The position numbers and the translations under genes were made by a program. DNA of 64,000 nucleotides from Raillietiella orientalis (taxonomy: Eukaryota), in the NCBI GenBank assembly GCA_036172245.1, contig JAYWIR010000008.1, positions 1,116,001 to 1,180,000 on the forward strand, given 5' to 3'. Below, one piece after another: positions 1-14,600 of this stretch. The first letter of the stretch is position 1. Each line of letters begins with the position of its first letter. The notes beneath the pieces were generated by a model. It had not been told where the DNA came from, did not search any database, and saw only the letters and a list, made by a program, of their open reading frames with translations.

Positions 1-2692
1 CTTGCGCCCCAGCGCGGCCAGTAAGAAGCTTTCGGTCCTGTTTCCCACTGCCCCAGGGAGGAACGAGACCAGAGCTGCCGGGACTGTGAGCTCCTCGAGC
101 CCGCGGGTCCCTTCCCGGGTCAGTCCCACGGAGAAGGGACCTCTCTGCGTCGTAAAGGAGCTTCCCGTGCTGTCCTTCCATGAGGAAGACCCTGTGACCT
201 CTACCGGTTCTCCCTGGAACGCCCGCAGGAGAAACTTCCATTTTGACCTCCCTGGCTGGTCGTGATCCGTGAATTGATCCTAGGCAGCTGCACGAAAGGG
301 TGGGGCCGCGATGACACTCCGAGTGGCGCTCTGATGTCCCTCCCCTTCCTTCGGCGGCTCCCTCCAACGCCTACGGGCGGCAGCTGACCTCGCTTTGCTG
401 CTGCAGCGCGTGCCCTATCCCCGTGCACCTTGATGACGTGCGCGGGCGAGAAGCCGCCGCCCTTCGTAGCCCCGTCCTTCCCTCCCCAACGTGCCCTCCA
501 CCAGTCGATCGGTTGACCTCATCGCGTTTTCTCTCCAGCTGCCCTTCGGCCCCTCCCTCTGCCGTGATGCAGACGCCTCTTCGAAGTTTGCTCTTTTGCT
601 GCCCGCGGGGGGCGCCTCTATTTCGACTCCCCTCTCGTCGTCGTCGTCCTCCTCTTCGCGGAGAGTCCCTCAGACGGTATACTTTTAAATGACCGCGAAC
701 GACTTCGCTGTGTGTTCTGGACGCCTTCCAGAGAGAGGGAGAGCGATTGCCCCCTCCTCCCGCCACTACCCTCCGGTCCCTTCCGTCTGCTCCCCGGGAG
801 GAAGGACTGCTCCAGAAATCCTTCCTCCGCGTGGCTGCGCGACGCCCTGAGCCCTTTTGGGGAAGAGGGGGGAGGAGCCCGGCAGCCCAGCGTTGGGACT
901 CTCGACACGGGTCGGAACCCAGAAAAAGGACGAGCTGGGAGAGCCTCTCCTGCTGTTGCGCGAGACCCTGGGTGCGGGAAGGACTGGCAACCCTGCTGCC
1001 ACGCAGCCGCAGGGCGACCCCGCTGCGAGGCGTCCTCCCGGCTCGGTCTCGATCGGCCGAGTGCCAGCGCCGCCCATTCACCTCCAAGGAGTGGGAGAGG
1101 AGAAAATGGGGAGTCCTCCCTGCCCCTTTTCCTCCTCCCTCCCATCCCTCTTCTCTTGGAATGCTTACGCTCGCGCACCCATCCAGTCCCAACGCGGGGC
1201 TGGTGAAGGCGCCGGGCAGCTGCCTTCCTCGAGGAACGACCGTCGGTCTGCGCAACCGCGTGCGCCCGCCCGTCCTGCCGTCTGGTGGAGGCGGCTGCGG
1301 GACTCCAGTGCGAGTTTCCCGGAGCCGCAGGAGGGACACCGCGGAGGTCGCGGGTAAAGTAGGCGGACCGGACGCTCGGTCTTCCCTCGAACCTGCGACG
1401 GAAGCCCCACCGGCGAGGCTCCCCCCGCCGCCCGCCCGCCCGAAGGCCGTGCGCGGCGATGAGACGCCCGCCGGCGGCGGAGGCCACCCGGAGCAGCCTG
1501 CCCGGAACGTCCCTGCTTTGGATGCTGTGCGTCTTGGCGGCGGGGAGCGCACGTAAGTGACCCGTCCTGCAGCCGGGTGGCCGCCAGCTCGCTCGCGACC
1601 CTTGTGAGGGAGGGATGCGGGAAGGGGAAGAGAGGACGCGCGCGGGGAGGGCGATTCGAGACCACCTCCATTGGGCTGCTCGCTGCTCAGCTCTTGTCTC
1701 CCCTCCCCCCCTTCTCTTCTCCAGGGTATGCGAGCCCGATCTGCGGGCAAGGAAAGACGCCCGCCCCTGTTTCCCTCCGGCTCCTGCCCAGCAGGAGCGC
1801 CCTTCCATGCGAAAGTTCTCAGGACGCCTCGGCAGGGAGGGAAGAGGAGACCTCTCCCCTTCTCTTCCCCTTCGCCTCCTTGCGCCGGCGCCCGCTGTTG
1901 GGGCGAAGGGCTCAGAGGGCCATCAACGAGCCCATCTTCGCGGGCAGCGGACGAAAGCCATCCTGAGCCGCCCAACCGGCGGGTCCTGTCTCGGAGTTTC
2001 CCAGTTGCCAGCACGATTCCCTGCCCGTCGTCACCGCTCCCTCCGGTCCGTGGACCCCCATGTGGGAGGAGGGTGATTCCCCGCGACCTACGTGGATAGG
2101 GAGACGGGAGCCTCTTACGGGCGTCGACGATGGGGCGATGCGCTAGGGGAGCGGGGGTAACCGACCGCATGAGCAGACCGAGAGGTCCCTCCTCGGTTCG
2201 GTGCTGCCATCTCCACGCGCTCGCGGGAAACAGAAGCCCTTGGCTGCTTCATCCCTCCCCTCCTTCATGTCCCTCTCATCCTGCCGCGCGCAGAGGAGGA
2301 CAGGGGCAAAGGAAAGAGGGAGCGGTACCTTGGTAAGGGGAGGAAGCACCGCTTGACGGGGTGGCTCGTGGCGAGGGGAGAAGGGTTGCGGAGGAATAAA
2401 TAGGGGTGAAATAAATAGGGGAGAGCGGGATGCTGGGCGAGTCGAAAGATTGGGGCTCCTGCACTGGACTCTGCCAGCCCGGAGAAGTGGGACCTGGAGC
2501 GCAGATGCGCGCGAGTGCTGCGGCGAGACTTGTTTGGGAGTGGACGCCAGGGAGGCCGGGACGCGCGCTGATGACGGAGACACGCGGGAACGGGGACTGG
2601 GGAGAAAGGGAGGCCTCCGTTCCTCCCAGCCTCGGGGCCCTTCCCAGGGGGTCCCTCCCGGACTACTCGAGGTGAACGCCTGTTTCTTTCAG

Positions 2693-5600
2693 AAGGCCCC
2701 CCGGTCGTATGGGGCATTGTCGGAGACAACGTCACTCTGCCTTGCACCGTCCTGCCGTCTGTGGAGGAACTGAAGGTCCTCATGGTCTTCAAGGACGACT
2801 CGACGTCCCCCGTGTACACGTGAGTGGGTCTTGCTTTTGTGGGAGGACGGGTGGGAACTTCCTCCCGGCTTCCCGGTGAATGGGGACTTTCGCTCCACCG
2901 CTGTCGCGTGTCCCGGGGAGAAGGGGAGCTTCCTATCGCCCCTCCGGGGAAGAAGGAGAAAATTCGGAGGGAAGGGGAAACCTTCCCGCCCTCCACTCAT
3001 TCTCTCCGAAATAGGGAAGGTCTCGAGGAATCCTGCCGCGGCGACCGACACTCGCGACGCTGCCGAGGGCTGGGAGGCCTCCGGGTGCGAGGGAGAGGGC
3101 TCATTCATCCCTCGAGCGTTTCGCCTTGGTGTTCGGGAAGGGAATCCGCAGAGCTCCCTGAGCTTGGTCATCCGCACCCCTGATGCACCTGGGAGACAGA
3201 CGCCTCAATGCAAGCGCCAACAACCATTCGGGGGGCCACCGAACTGGGTGGTGGGTAACGCTTGGTCTTCAGGGAGGAGACATCCGTCTCTGTTCCCCTG
3301 TCCCCTTCCCCAGCTGCACCTCCTTGAGAACAAAGGAGGCCCATTACACCCTGACTCTATATGAGGGTGGCGCCGTCGTTGGCGTGAGACCCCACGCAAC
3401 AACGCCTGACGCAAACCTTGGTATCCATGTCCCACGACCCTGGCAACGGTTCTCTTTTGCGAAGTGCTAGTGAAAGCTCAGAGGGCCGGCGATCTTCTGA
3501 GAAGAGCACACCTTTGGACTTCCTGGATATCCCTCCTCTACACCCCCTCTGTGCTACCTCCCGCCCCCATTATTCCCCAGCCATCCATTTCCTGAGCAAC
3601 GGTACAGAGAGAGCGGCAACACTCTTGGCTGTGATTGGGAATGGAGACGGAGCTGAGCATGGCCACGTGGTGGGAAACCCTACGTGAGGAATGCTCCCTT
3701 CTTATCCGTCGGATCCCTCCAAGGAAACGTAGGGATCTCGGATGAGATTCAAGAAACGTGGTGGTAACCTTCCCTAGGGAAACCGACAGGCTGCTAGCCC
3801 TCCGCGACGTCCATCCATCGTTCGGGGCAGTGCATCCTTGCAGCCGAGGTGCCTTCCCGTCTCGTCCCTTGGCCCACTTGCCGTTGGTGAAGGCTCCGCG
3901 TGAGGGAAGGGAGGGAAAGGTGCCAGAATGCCGATGCAGCGCCGACACAGGAAGTTCAGCCGGAGCCCTCTCCGCCTTTCCCTCCCAAATCCCATTTTTC
4001 CCTTCCCAAATGAGAACTCGACTGACACAGTTGATGGCTTTGTCCATCCCAGTCCCGTTCGTTGCTCAGAACATAGGGCACTGGGCTCGTGAGGGCCGAC
4101 AGCTCTAGAAACGCTTGTCAGGGGTTGAGCGCCCACTTCGCCGTATCCCCTGCTGCCTAGGGTGTGTGGGGGCCGGCGCCCACGGCCCTATGTCATCTCT
4201 TCAAGAAACGTTTCCTCGGGCGTAGGCAGCAAGCGAGGCGGGAGCCAACCGACTAGTCAGGGAGTCCTGATCTCCCTCGTTCTCCCATCACCAGCACCCG
4301 CAGTACTCTTTTCCTTCCATCCCACCTCTTGGACCGTCTTCCGTCGCCAACAGTCTCAGTCCGCACCGCCGGCTATGAACGAGAGCTTGCCTTGGGCAGA
4401 GGTGACCCTGGCCGCGGGATGGTAGCCGAAGAACGAGCCTCTTTCCCTCTGTAGCTTGCGCTTCGCGCATCCTGGAGCAGCTGTCCCTTTCTCTCATCCG
4501 GGTAAGGCGGGCGTCTTCTGAGAGAGCTCGCCTCCGGCAGGTTTTCTCCATTACCTCACTGCCCCCAAGTTTGATGAGGAAAGCTCAGTTCCAGAGAGCT
4601 GTCAAGGGTTTCCCTTACAAAGCCGCCATCCGATCTCCTATTTATCCCTTGCTTCCATCTCCGCTTTCTTCTCTCCGTAAGATCACGTCGTCTCACGGTT
4701 AAAAAAGGATGTCGTGCAATCTGCAGCTGGACCGCGAGGTCAGTGGCCTCTTAGGATGCTGGAGTAGGGGGCACGCGCTTGCCAGGAGGCTTAGCAAGGG
4801 AGGTGACTGAGTACGGTGGTGACATCAATGCTCCCCACCGTTACCTCCATAGTCATCACTCTCATCGTGAATTCCACAGCCACACCGCCATCAATAAGGT
4901 CACGGGATGTCCATTAAAGGAAAGTGACACGCTGCAGGTCGGGTTGATTGTGAAGGGATGTTTGAGGGTGTGGAGAGTGGAGAGAGATGATGTTTTGGCT
5001 ACAAGATCCGAAGCCAATGGCGCCAGACACGGCGTTCTGTTAGGAAGTGAAGAAGCACGAGACGGGCGAAATAAACAGTGTTTTTTTTTTTGTTCTTGTT
5101 TTTTTTTTAGGGTGGGGGGGAGGAGGGAGAGGGTCTAGCGATTGGGAGCGCGTACAAAAATTGCATTCTGCTACGCAGCGTTCTCTGCATCCGTTGCCGA
5201 AGGAAAGCCATAGTCCCTGATCGGAGTCTAAACTTCCAGCATGGACAAGAGGCTGAGAGAAGACGAAACCGTGGATCTCCCTCACAACAAGGACCACATT
5301 TTGTACGACTTCAGCAGCAATGCACTGAAAATCTCCGGCCTCTTGAAATCGGACACCGGGAGATACCGATGCAGGATGGACTACATCATGCGTCCGACCA
5401 GGAACTTGGAGTTCCAGTTGCTGGTGAAAGGTGAGTGTGATGGCTTTCTTTTTTTTCTTTCGAGAAACGACAGAGAGCTTCGGGGCATGTTGGGAGAGCA
5501 TCAACAGATTCATCGTCTGCAGAACTGCTTCAAAATTCCCGAATCACCAAAGAGAGAAAGCCTGTTTTCCGCATCTCCAAAGAGAACGTTCTGTTCCTCC

Positions 5601-8600
5601 ACCGGAAAGTTGGAACAGAGCTTCCTAGGTTTCGAAAGGTGGAATGGACTCGATCACTTGCAAGGCAACGGTGGCAGTGATGCTGCATGAGTCTCTGTTG
5701 CTGATTCCGCCTGAAAATTCACAACTCTGGAGGGTCCAACTACAGGGACAGAGTTAGTGCGGACTGGATAAAGCCGGAGGCCCCCGATGAAGGCCGGAAC
5801 AATGGGAAATTGATCTTCGGGTCTTCCCAGGAGTAAAGGAGTGGGGAGTTCCCCCTCCGGTCGTACAACGGAGAGCAGACCCCCCTCACCGGGGGACCCC
5901 TACGGTTTCAAAGTGGAGCAGGAGCCCTCACAGGCACCTCTCCAGTTGTTCGGAGGAGCGGACCCCCCCTATTGTGGGGGGACCCTCCGAGTTGTCGCCT
6001 CTTCACAGAGTGCAAGGAAGAAAGCGAGAGCGATTCCCTGCGGGAAGCTACAGTGCCCCTTCTGAGTTTCGGAAGCGTCCCTTCCGGGGTTCTCTTCAGA
6101 GGCGTGAATAGGAGCGGTTCCCTTGCGGTCCCTCCGGAGAAGAAATTCTTACTAGCGGATCCTTTCCGGTTCCCTTCAGAGAAGTTGAAATGGAGAGGAC
6201 AGCCCCTCCCCATCAGAGGGGGGTGTCCCTCCGGAGAGAATGAGGAAGGAGATTTCCTTCGGGTTTCCCCTTCGGCGACAACCAGGGTGGGAGGTGCGAG
6301 AGAGCGTGAGAGGAACGGACTCCGAGCCCTTCCTGGATTCATAGGGCGGACCTCCATCCAGGGGTGCCCCCTATCCTGAAGAATTGTACTGAAGAATTAC
6401 ACGCCCCCCTGCGGGTTGCCGCGGGCGGAGGGGCGTGGAAACAAACCAGTGTGTTTAGTGTTCAAAAAGAGCCACGTGCGCCGCGAGGCACGCGACCGGC
6501 TCTGAGGTACTTAGTGCGGACTGAGACCTGGTTCCTTTCCTTGCTGCCCCGTGGCTAAAAGCACGCGATCAGCCCGTCGACTGCGGTCGCACCGAATTTC
6601 GTTTCCGAAATCGTCCCAATTTTAGCATATGTACCGCCGAAGCAGGTACATATCGTTCCAAGGGAGAGGTGCGGGCGCGGCTGGTGGGACTATTTTCACG
6701 GAAGACCTCGACCCTATTGCAGTCGTCATCGGGGAATCTCTTTATGGGAGACGGCGCGAGAAACGGAAACGACCGGGAGAAACAGAGTCTCGCGTGGAAG
6801 CTGGGCTCTGTTTCAGGATGAGGAATTTGAACACGGCATGGGTGATTGCCTTGACAGTGCAACACGAAGTGTAATGATAGCGCCATACCGAAATTTAATT
6901 TCCATATTGGTGTTCCATACTTGCTACTATCTGTTGCGTGAGCAGGTGCTCCTTTCCTTTTTAATGATACACGAGCTAATGAAACGCACTGATGGACTTC
7001 TTGGCAGGATGGTGATTCATTCGCAGGACGCGGATTACCATTAGATCTCGAAGAGAAAGAATCAGATATGAGCTATGGCCACGCTGAGGGCATAGAGCAT
7101 ATACCGAAATGCATATCGTGATCATTACGCAGCTCCGTGTGAGAAGGACGCAACAGAAGAAAAATCTTCGCCGTTCGGAGCCGGGATGACTTTGGTTCCT
7201 TAATTTGGACTCACTGACGCATTAATCAAAGCTCCCGTTTTCTCGCCCTTCAATTCATTAATAACGAATGGAAATCGTGGAGTGGAAGTGCGTACAGAAC
7301 GTGTCCCTCGCCGAGATCCTCAGCGCAAACAGCTCATCGGTGTTAATTATAGTCAGCAGCAGCAGCAGAGGAAGCCCTTCGTAAAGGAATATTCGATAAT
7401 CGTGGGCAAGTGGGTGTGTTCGCCCCTACGGTTGTCAGCAGCAGCGCAGAACCCGCGACCCTCGGACGGGCACGGTTGCTGCCCTCTGCTGGAGGCGCGG
7501 AAAAGGGCCGGAGTCCCCATTCCGAGACGGCGCCCTCCGGCGCGGGACGTCCCCCCGGGAGGATTTTTTTTCTTTCTTCGCTTTCTTCAGATCGCCGCAG
7601 GAGTGCGGCGAGTGAGGTGGAAGATAGGTGCAAACACCAAAAAAAAAAAAAAAAAAAGAACGTCCCCGAAATCCTGGATGACAGGTTCGATCGATTAATT
7701 TGCAGGCTGCTTCTTCGGAATCGGATTCTCCAAAGTTTTCTTATCACTGGAATTCTTGTGGACGGATGAGCGAAGGAGCGAAATCATCAGACTGGAAACA
7801 AACCGTCGAATTGGAAAAGAACGTAAATCACACTTTGAATTGGGAGGAGATGAGGTGCATCGAGGAGAGGCATGGAAATTCTTTTCCCCGTGACTTCTGA
7901 AATGAACAGCTCTGTAAGCAAATCGCAACACCTTCAGCGGGATCGCACTGCTTTCCCTCCTATCTGGGAAATTCATTACATCCCGTCTGAGAACAGGATG
8001 CTAAGTACGTATGAATAATGCATTTCCGGATCGCGGCAAGCAGAAAAAGAGAAAGAAAAGAGAAAAAAAAAAAAAGGAGGGAAATAAGGGGAGACGAATG
8101 GGGGAGGAGGAGAAAAATGTGGAAGGGATGATCGGAGTGTCGACAGCGACTCCGTTTCGACATCCGCCACCAAATAGTGATAGCTGCGAACGACCCCGGG
8201 AAGTTGAAACCATTCGCAACTGCTGGGAGGAACTTGGATTGGAGACGTACTTTGCTTTGGCGGGCCAACTTTGGGAACCTCCCATCACGGGGAAAAGTCT
8301 CTTCGATTTTTGTTCCCTCGCTATGGTTTCCTGTTCGATTCGGAAACACCCGAGGCGTGCTCTGGAGGAGGAAATGGATAAGAACGATGTGCCGACTGAG
8401 CGAGCATCGCCTGCAAGTTTTGACGTCGCTTCTGCTTCATCGGAGGCCATCGGCTCAACGGGAGTTGCGCTCCTTCACACCCCTCTGCTCTTGAATTTTC
8501 CGGTACCGAAGGGAAGCCGGCATCTGCGAATGAGCTGGGCGAGCCCCCTTCAAACAGCCGGAAGCAGGATGGAAGGACTCTCGTTTCGCGACGGCACCCC

Positions 8601-11600
8601 CTCTTCAAAGAGAAAGCTCGGTCAGGATGAGAGCGCAGTTAGAAGAGCGCATCTCGCAGCTTCAGGAACGGAGAGGCGTCGTCATCGCAACGATGCAAGC
8701 AAGCGCGTAGGGAGGGTCCGGAAGGGAGTTCGTAAAAGGGCAAGCAGAGGGTGGATTGCCTCTCTGTCGAGTGGAGGAGCGTTGCTGGAGGAAGAGCTCA
8801 GAATTCATTGAAAGCGTCTCCGGACAAGGCTTGCTGAGGAGATGGGCAGAGGAGAGATGGAGGAGACGAATCGACTGCAGCTTCAGACTGTGAGCCCAGT
8901 GCTCGAGATCGAATCCGAACGCCTGAGTGAACGGAGCTGGTTTCCTCATTTGACGCAGCATCTGGGGCTGGGAAGTCCAAGCGCGTCGCGCTCCACGGCT
9001 CCTCATCCCGCGTACCCTGGCAACGCAGTCGATTGCCTTCCTTCCTTGTATCGGCCGGCCTTCTTCCCTGATGTCACCTGAGGCTCTCTTACTGGTCAGC
9101 GTTGATCATTCGATGATGTTTGTAGTTCCTGCTGGGAAACCAAAGATCTTGAATTCCTACCTTGCCGAGGACGGATCCCGGATAATAGGCCCCTTCAACG
9201 AAGGCTCGGCTGTGGAGATCACTTGTGAATCTGTCGGAGGTGCGATGATCCGCCCCCGCCAAGCGGTGAACTCATCGAAAATCAGTTTCCAGGATTCCCA
9301 GTGCCGAAATTATCCTGGTACGCTGATGACTTTCTCGTCGATGTGTTCTCGGAGTATCAACGCGAAGACACAGTTCGCAACTCTCTGTTCTTCAGCCGCC
9401 TCCTGAGAACTCAGTTCCGGTCCGTGCTGACGTGCCACGTGTTCAACCACGTCGGGGAGGATTCTAACGTCAGTTGCACCATGGACATGAACCGTAAGTG
9501 CTCCCCCGTTAAGTAGTTGGCTCTCGGCGCCTCGTCTCTTTCCCCGTGCGTGAGGGGAAGTGGGCCCCCATCTTGGCACCACACGCCCAATAAAGTGAAT
9601 CCTGCAATTCTGAACAAGCGTGGAGAAACGGACGTAAATCATCAGCAGATGCGCATGTGGGAGTTGTAGGGCTGGCATGCTTCCTGCAAGAGATCTCATC
9701 GAAATGCGAGGAGACTCATTCATTTCTCTATCGATCATTCCTATTTGATTACAATTACTGCATGAACTTAATTATTCGACTGCTCCTCTTCCCCTGGGAT
9801 CCCCTGTTTGCTCTTCAGGAGCCAGCTATCGATTTTTTCCCTTTCGAACCCCAGTTAAACGTTTTGTTTCTTTCCTCGTTGGTCTCTTTGCTTTTGTACG
9901 GTGGGTCGCCATTGTTTACACCAATTTACGCCAATGCTCCCTTAGTTGTGCATCCATTGGTTCCATTTTCCCGCAGTCTGCGGCTCTTCCTGTTGGTTTC
10001 CTCCTCGAACACAAGAGTGGTGTCCACTGGAACAGTCCACACGCGTGAACTGGCCCGACGGAAAGTTTCGCGGGTTAAGAGCTCATTTTGCGCGACCAGT
10101 GTTCTGCCGTGCTTTTCCATGGCTCCCCCCCCCCCCCAGGCATTCCCGCCCGGGACGTGGGTTTCTTTATCCGTTGGCCCCTCTTTCCGAAGTGGCTCGC
10201 GCCCCGATTCCGAAACGACCCTCCGAGAGGCAAGACGGGTGGATCCGACTGGTGCATTCCGGGCGATGTGCTGGCGCAGGTGAACCCGCCATGTCCTTCT
10301 ATCCCACCTCGTTCCAGCCAGCATCCCGGGACCCCCGGCGTCGCCCGTTCTGCGCTCCCCCAGGGTGCAAAACACTCCGCGTGTTTCGCCCGCAACGAGT
10401 CCCGCTAGCGAGTGAGTGGCATGCAGTCTGCTGCTTCCCGGTGCACTTACCAGTGGGGCGTAAGAACGGCAAACGGGATGCGTTCCCCTGGAGATGAATA
10501 GCTCCCGATTTTCGTGTCGGAAGCACTCACCGCGCTACACTCACTCGACTTCTGAGTGCAAAAAACGTGCGGCTCTGAACTTAACGCTCCCAACCGACAG
10601 CGAAATTTCAATTTCTCCCGGCCCATACAAATTCACGTGAGTAATGTGTCTTCAGTCCCTGAAATTGAATGCAATGATTAATGCTGCTGACATTGGAATG
10701 GAAAGCGGATTCTCCGACCAGGATACAGTTTTATGGCGCCATATCCAATACGTTCAAGTTGGTTAGATAATGTACACTGTACAGCATCACGCGCTATCGC
10801 GGATTATTGCAATGTAGAAGGTACCACAGATGCGCGCGCGCACAAAAAAACTATACGCAGGCACGCAAAGTTTTACGACCACCTTTTTTCCACTTGTGGA
10901 TCCATTGCACTTTAGTTCGAGAAATCGCTTCGCATTTCCTTGCTCATGACAGCTGGCAATCCTCGTTTGGCTCAACCGGGAAGATTTCCCAGCATACGCA
11001 CTCCTCCCGCAATGCCACCTACCTTAATAAGGAAATCCAAAGGTGACCACAGCATCACGGATGCGCTGTTGCAATTGATGCGATAGGTGTGCACATGTGA
11101 CACATATGTATCTGATCACACATAGTCATGTGCATCCTATAGGTGTCCATGATTAAATACACGTATGGATATTAACTAACGTGTGTATGCGTTTATAGAT
11201 ACTATGAGAGCGTGAGCAAACACACTAAATCGTGTTTATCGGTGGAAGTGGATCGCCTCAAGACACTCCGTGTTGCAGTCGCAAAAGTGGTCTCCGTGTG
11301 CCCCACTGCACCCAATCGGTCAAATGTGCACTGTGCTGTTCAGCTCGCAACTTCTCGCAGGCGTGAAGTCACCAGATCTGATCGCACGCGGCAGAGCATT
11401 TGTTGCATTGCATCCCTAGTTGCTGCTTATCACTTTCTCGGAGCCAGCTCCCAACACTTCACCCTACAAATCTCCTCCCGATAAGCACCAGGAGTTCTCC
11501 GTTCCACAGAATGCCATCAGGTTGCTGACAGCATTCTTTCTCCGCAAATGAATCTTCACTCTTTTTCTTTCTTTGCCTTGGATGGAGTAACCATCCACTG

Positions 11601-14600
11601 GATTTCCCCAGTCTTCACGATCCCGAGCACTTTTAATCTTTCTCTTTCTCCAAAGTTAAACCTCTGGACATCCACTTGATCGGCAACGACGGAGCTATCC
11701 AGTCCGGGAAGAACCACACCGTGTCCTGCTATGTCTACGGGTCTCGGCCACCTGCTCGCATCTCGTGGTACAAAGGTTACAAGCAAATATCGGAAGACAA
11801 GTACGTAGTCAAGGTAAATAACCTAGTTGCAGTTCCGGCATGCCACGTTCCCGGTGACTGCTCCTCATCCCGTCCCTCCCGTGAGACCTCCCACGTCCTA
11901 CCCGTAAAACGTTCTGGATTTGTAAACTTGCTTCGAAGACAACCAACGAGAGGAAAATTTTGCCCGCCGGATAATGAGACGGGGCTTCCCAGATCAGCAG
12001 GACAAGAAGGTCGTGATATAGAAGGGGAGTTGCTATGGAAATCAGGTGCAGCTGCTCCTCACCCGCCTCAAGCCGTCGCTACACAAAAAGACGTTCGTAT
12101 GCCAGGGCGCACGCAGCAGGCACTCACACGCCGCATACGAACACTTCCTTCCGCCTTGAGGAAGGGGATCAGCGACTTCGATGCAGCCCACGCCCCTGCC
12201 TTGCAATGGTCTGCTGCTTTCCACCTCCAGGAGGAGAAGGAGCAGTCGGCACGACACGGAATTTCCCTTTTCCTCCCTTCTAAAGTCGCGGTTTGCTGCT
12301 TTTTATCACCCTCCTTCATTCGAATTCCTTGCAGGATTCGAACGCTCGCCTTGTTCACGTGCCTACCCGATCTCTTGCTTCTCCTCTGGGGACATCGCTA
12401 GATTCCACTCACGGGCAGCTGTCTTCCCTTCCAACGGGTTAAGGTCTCTCCGACGCTCCGTGGGGCAGCTGCCAGATTTCTGAAGTCTCTACTGCCACTC
12501 CGCCGCCGACGCTTCCGCGTGCTCGGGAAAGCCGCCATTAGCACAGGATAGTAGGTCGTCCGCAAGCAGACACTGGACCACGGAACCTCTCGGATGACGC
12601 CGGTTCCCCAAAGCTGCTGCTACCTGTCTGAAAAACCCAAGGTTTACAGCAGGCTTCTTCCCGGACCGACTCCACTGGTCGTCTTCCTCCCGAGGCCGAG
12701 CAGGCTCTTGGAGCTGGAGAGATCGTTGGGGGACATCCGCGCCAAATCTTACGCATCTTCGGCTGGCTAGAAATAAGCTCCCGCCACTTCCACGCAAGGA
12801 GGAGAATTCGGAGGATGAGATGGGGGAGACCGGGAATAAAGGAATGTGCTGCCATCGCCGGGTTGCTCCGGAAAGCAGCAGGAGACAATCCGGTAGCGAA
12901 GACGTTCCTTCGCTTCCCGCAGTCTCTTCTCCCGCAGACCACGAAACCTCAGTCATTCCTGGTACTGATCACAGGGTTCTTCTGGAACGGTGATCCTGGA
13001 CCCTCTCATTCCACGGGAAGACTTTGTAAAAGGAGAGAATGGATCTCGTCCTATCCTCCTCACTCGACATAGGAACAAGGGAAGGAAACTTTCTCCTCTC
13101 TCCGAAAAGACCTGTGAAAAGAACTGACTCGTGCAAGGTCCTCTTCCTCGCCTGGAGCAACAATCTTTCTCTGTCCTGCGTCTGCGTGCGAGAACGTCCC
13201 TGCTGTTCCGTTCCCCTCTCTACTTCCGTCCGGGAAGGAACTCTGGCACGGCGACGAAGTGGGGAGCCGGCCCGGCGCGAGCGGCACTCTCCTGGCCTGT
13301 TTCCGTGGAACGAGATAAACCCTCCGCGGGATTGTGCTCCTCCAGACGGGGTGGCATGTGAAGAGACTGCCTTGCACTGTACCCCCTTAGCTCTCGAAAA
13401 TTTTCTCCAAGAGCGCGTCCCGGACCCTCAGCATGAGGCGTCCACCCACCCCTTTCGCCTCTTGGAATTTAACCCTGCCAACAGTTTTCAGACGAAGTCA
13501 CTTCGAGCTCCCTCTTCCTGACGGTGACCACCGAAGACAACAACAAGGTCATTGCGTGCGCCGCTCGAAACCCTCTGTTCGAAGAGAATACCTTGCGGAA
13601 TGAGTGGAAGCTGAGTATTCTGTGTAAGTTCTTTTGTATTTGCTCGGTGTGGGCGCAGTTTCTCCGAACGTGACTGAGGAGCGGCATCGCCCATGGTGCA
13701 CGATCTCGTGTCGGACGGAGCTTGAGGAATGCGAGGGAGCGAATCGGAGGATCGCAGCTGCACCCGCGTGGGCACACGAGACGTTCTTAAGTGCTCGTCT
13801 ACGGGATCATATCTGGGGAAAATTCCCAAGATTCCCTTGATTCCCAAGAAGCCGTCGTCACGGTTTCGCAAGCGCCTCCTCCGCTTGCTTCGTATAATTA
13901 AGCCGACCATTTCTCGTGAAACCTCGCTTCCCACTGATGAGGCTGCAAAGAATCCACAATCTCGGAAAAGTCTTTAAAGCCTCGAGTCCGTGCCTGATCC
14001 TCTCTTATAGAAGCAATTTTTTTTTTTTTCCTTGCAAATCCCGAGGGCACTTGATCTCCGAAATTGCAAAGCTACTCCACTTTTCCTTTTCCCGAAATCA
14101 TAACGTTTTCGGCTGTAATCCCCCTTGAAAAATGGTAAGGTACGTGACAGTACACACTTGATTACATAATTGCAAGGCTAAGAAACGGCTTACAGTAACT
14201 GAGCTTCTTTTTCACACTTCCTGGCTGAAAACTTGCATCAGAACAAAGCATTAAGGCTAATGGAATGACACTGGCTGTTATGGAGCACAATAGCGATCGA
14301 TGGAATTCCCAACAATCACAGGTAGAACGGTCCTTTGAAGGAGGATGCTGCGGATGGAACGCGGAACACCGCTCTGCCTTGCGCGGCTCCGGAAACCGGC
14401 AGCAGCGGTGGGCCGTTAATGATGCAAAATGGCGTCCTGTCCCGATACAGTCCGCGGAGCGAATTTATTCCGAAAACCAATTTGAGGGGTCCAGAATCTC
14501 GACGAGGAGCTAAACAAACCTCCACGACAAGCACTGTCAATAAGCGTTGGCTGGACAGAAGAACATGATTGCATTCAAGGAGCCATAAACAGTGAGGCAC

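Noticed and set aside
150..300. FTDH...KWKFLLRAF on the minus strand, like Gypsy RNase H
   Set aside because: One short motif cluster; too weak to call.
371..2170. 599-aa ORF and many overlapping long ORFs (also 27.6-33.4 kb and 47.6-48.8 kb)
   Set aside because: Arg/Gly/Pro-rich, open on several frames and both strands as expected at very high GC; no domain motifs or convincing splice structure.
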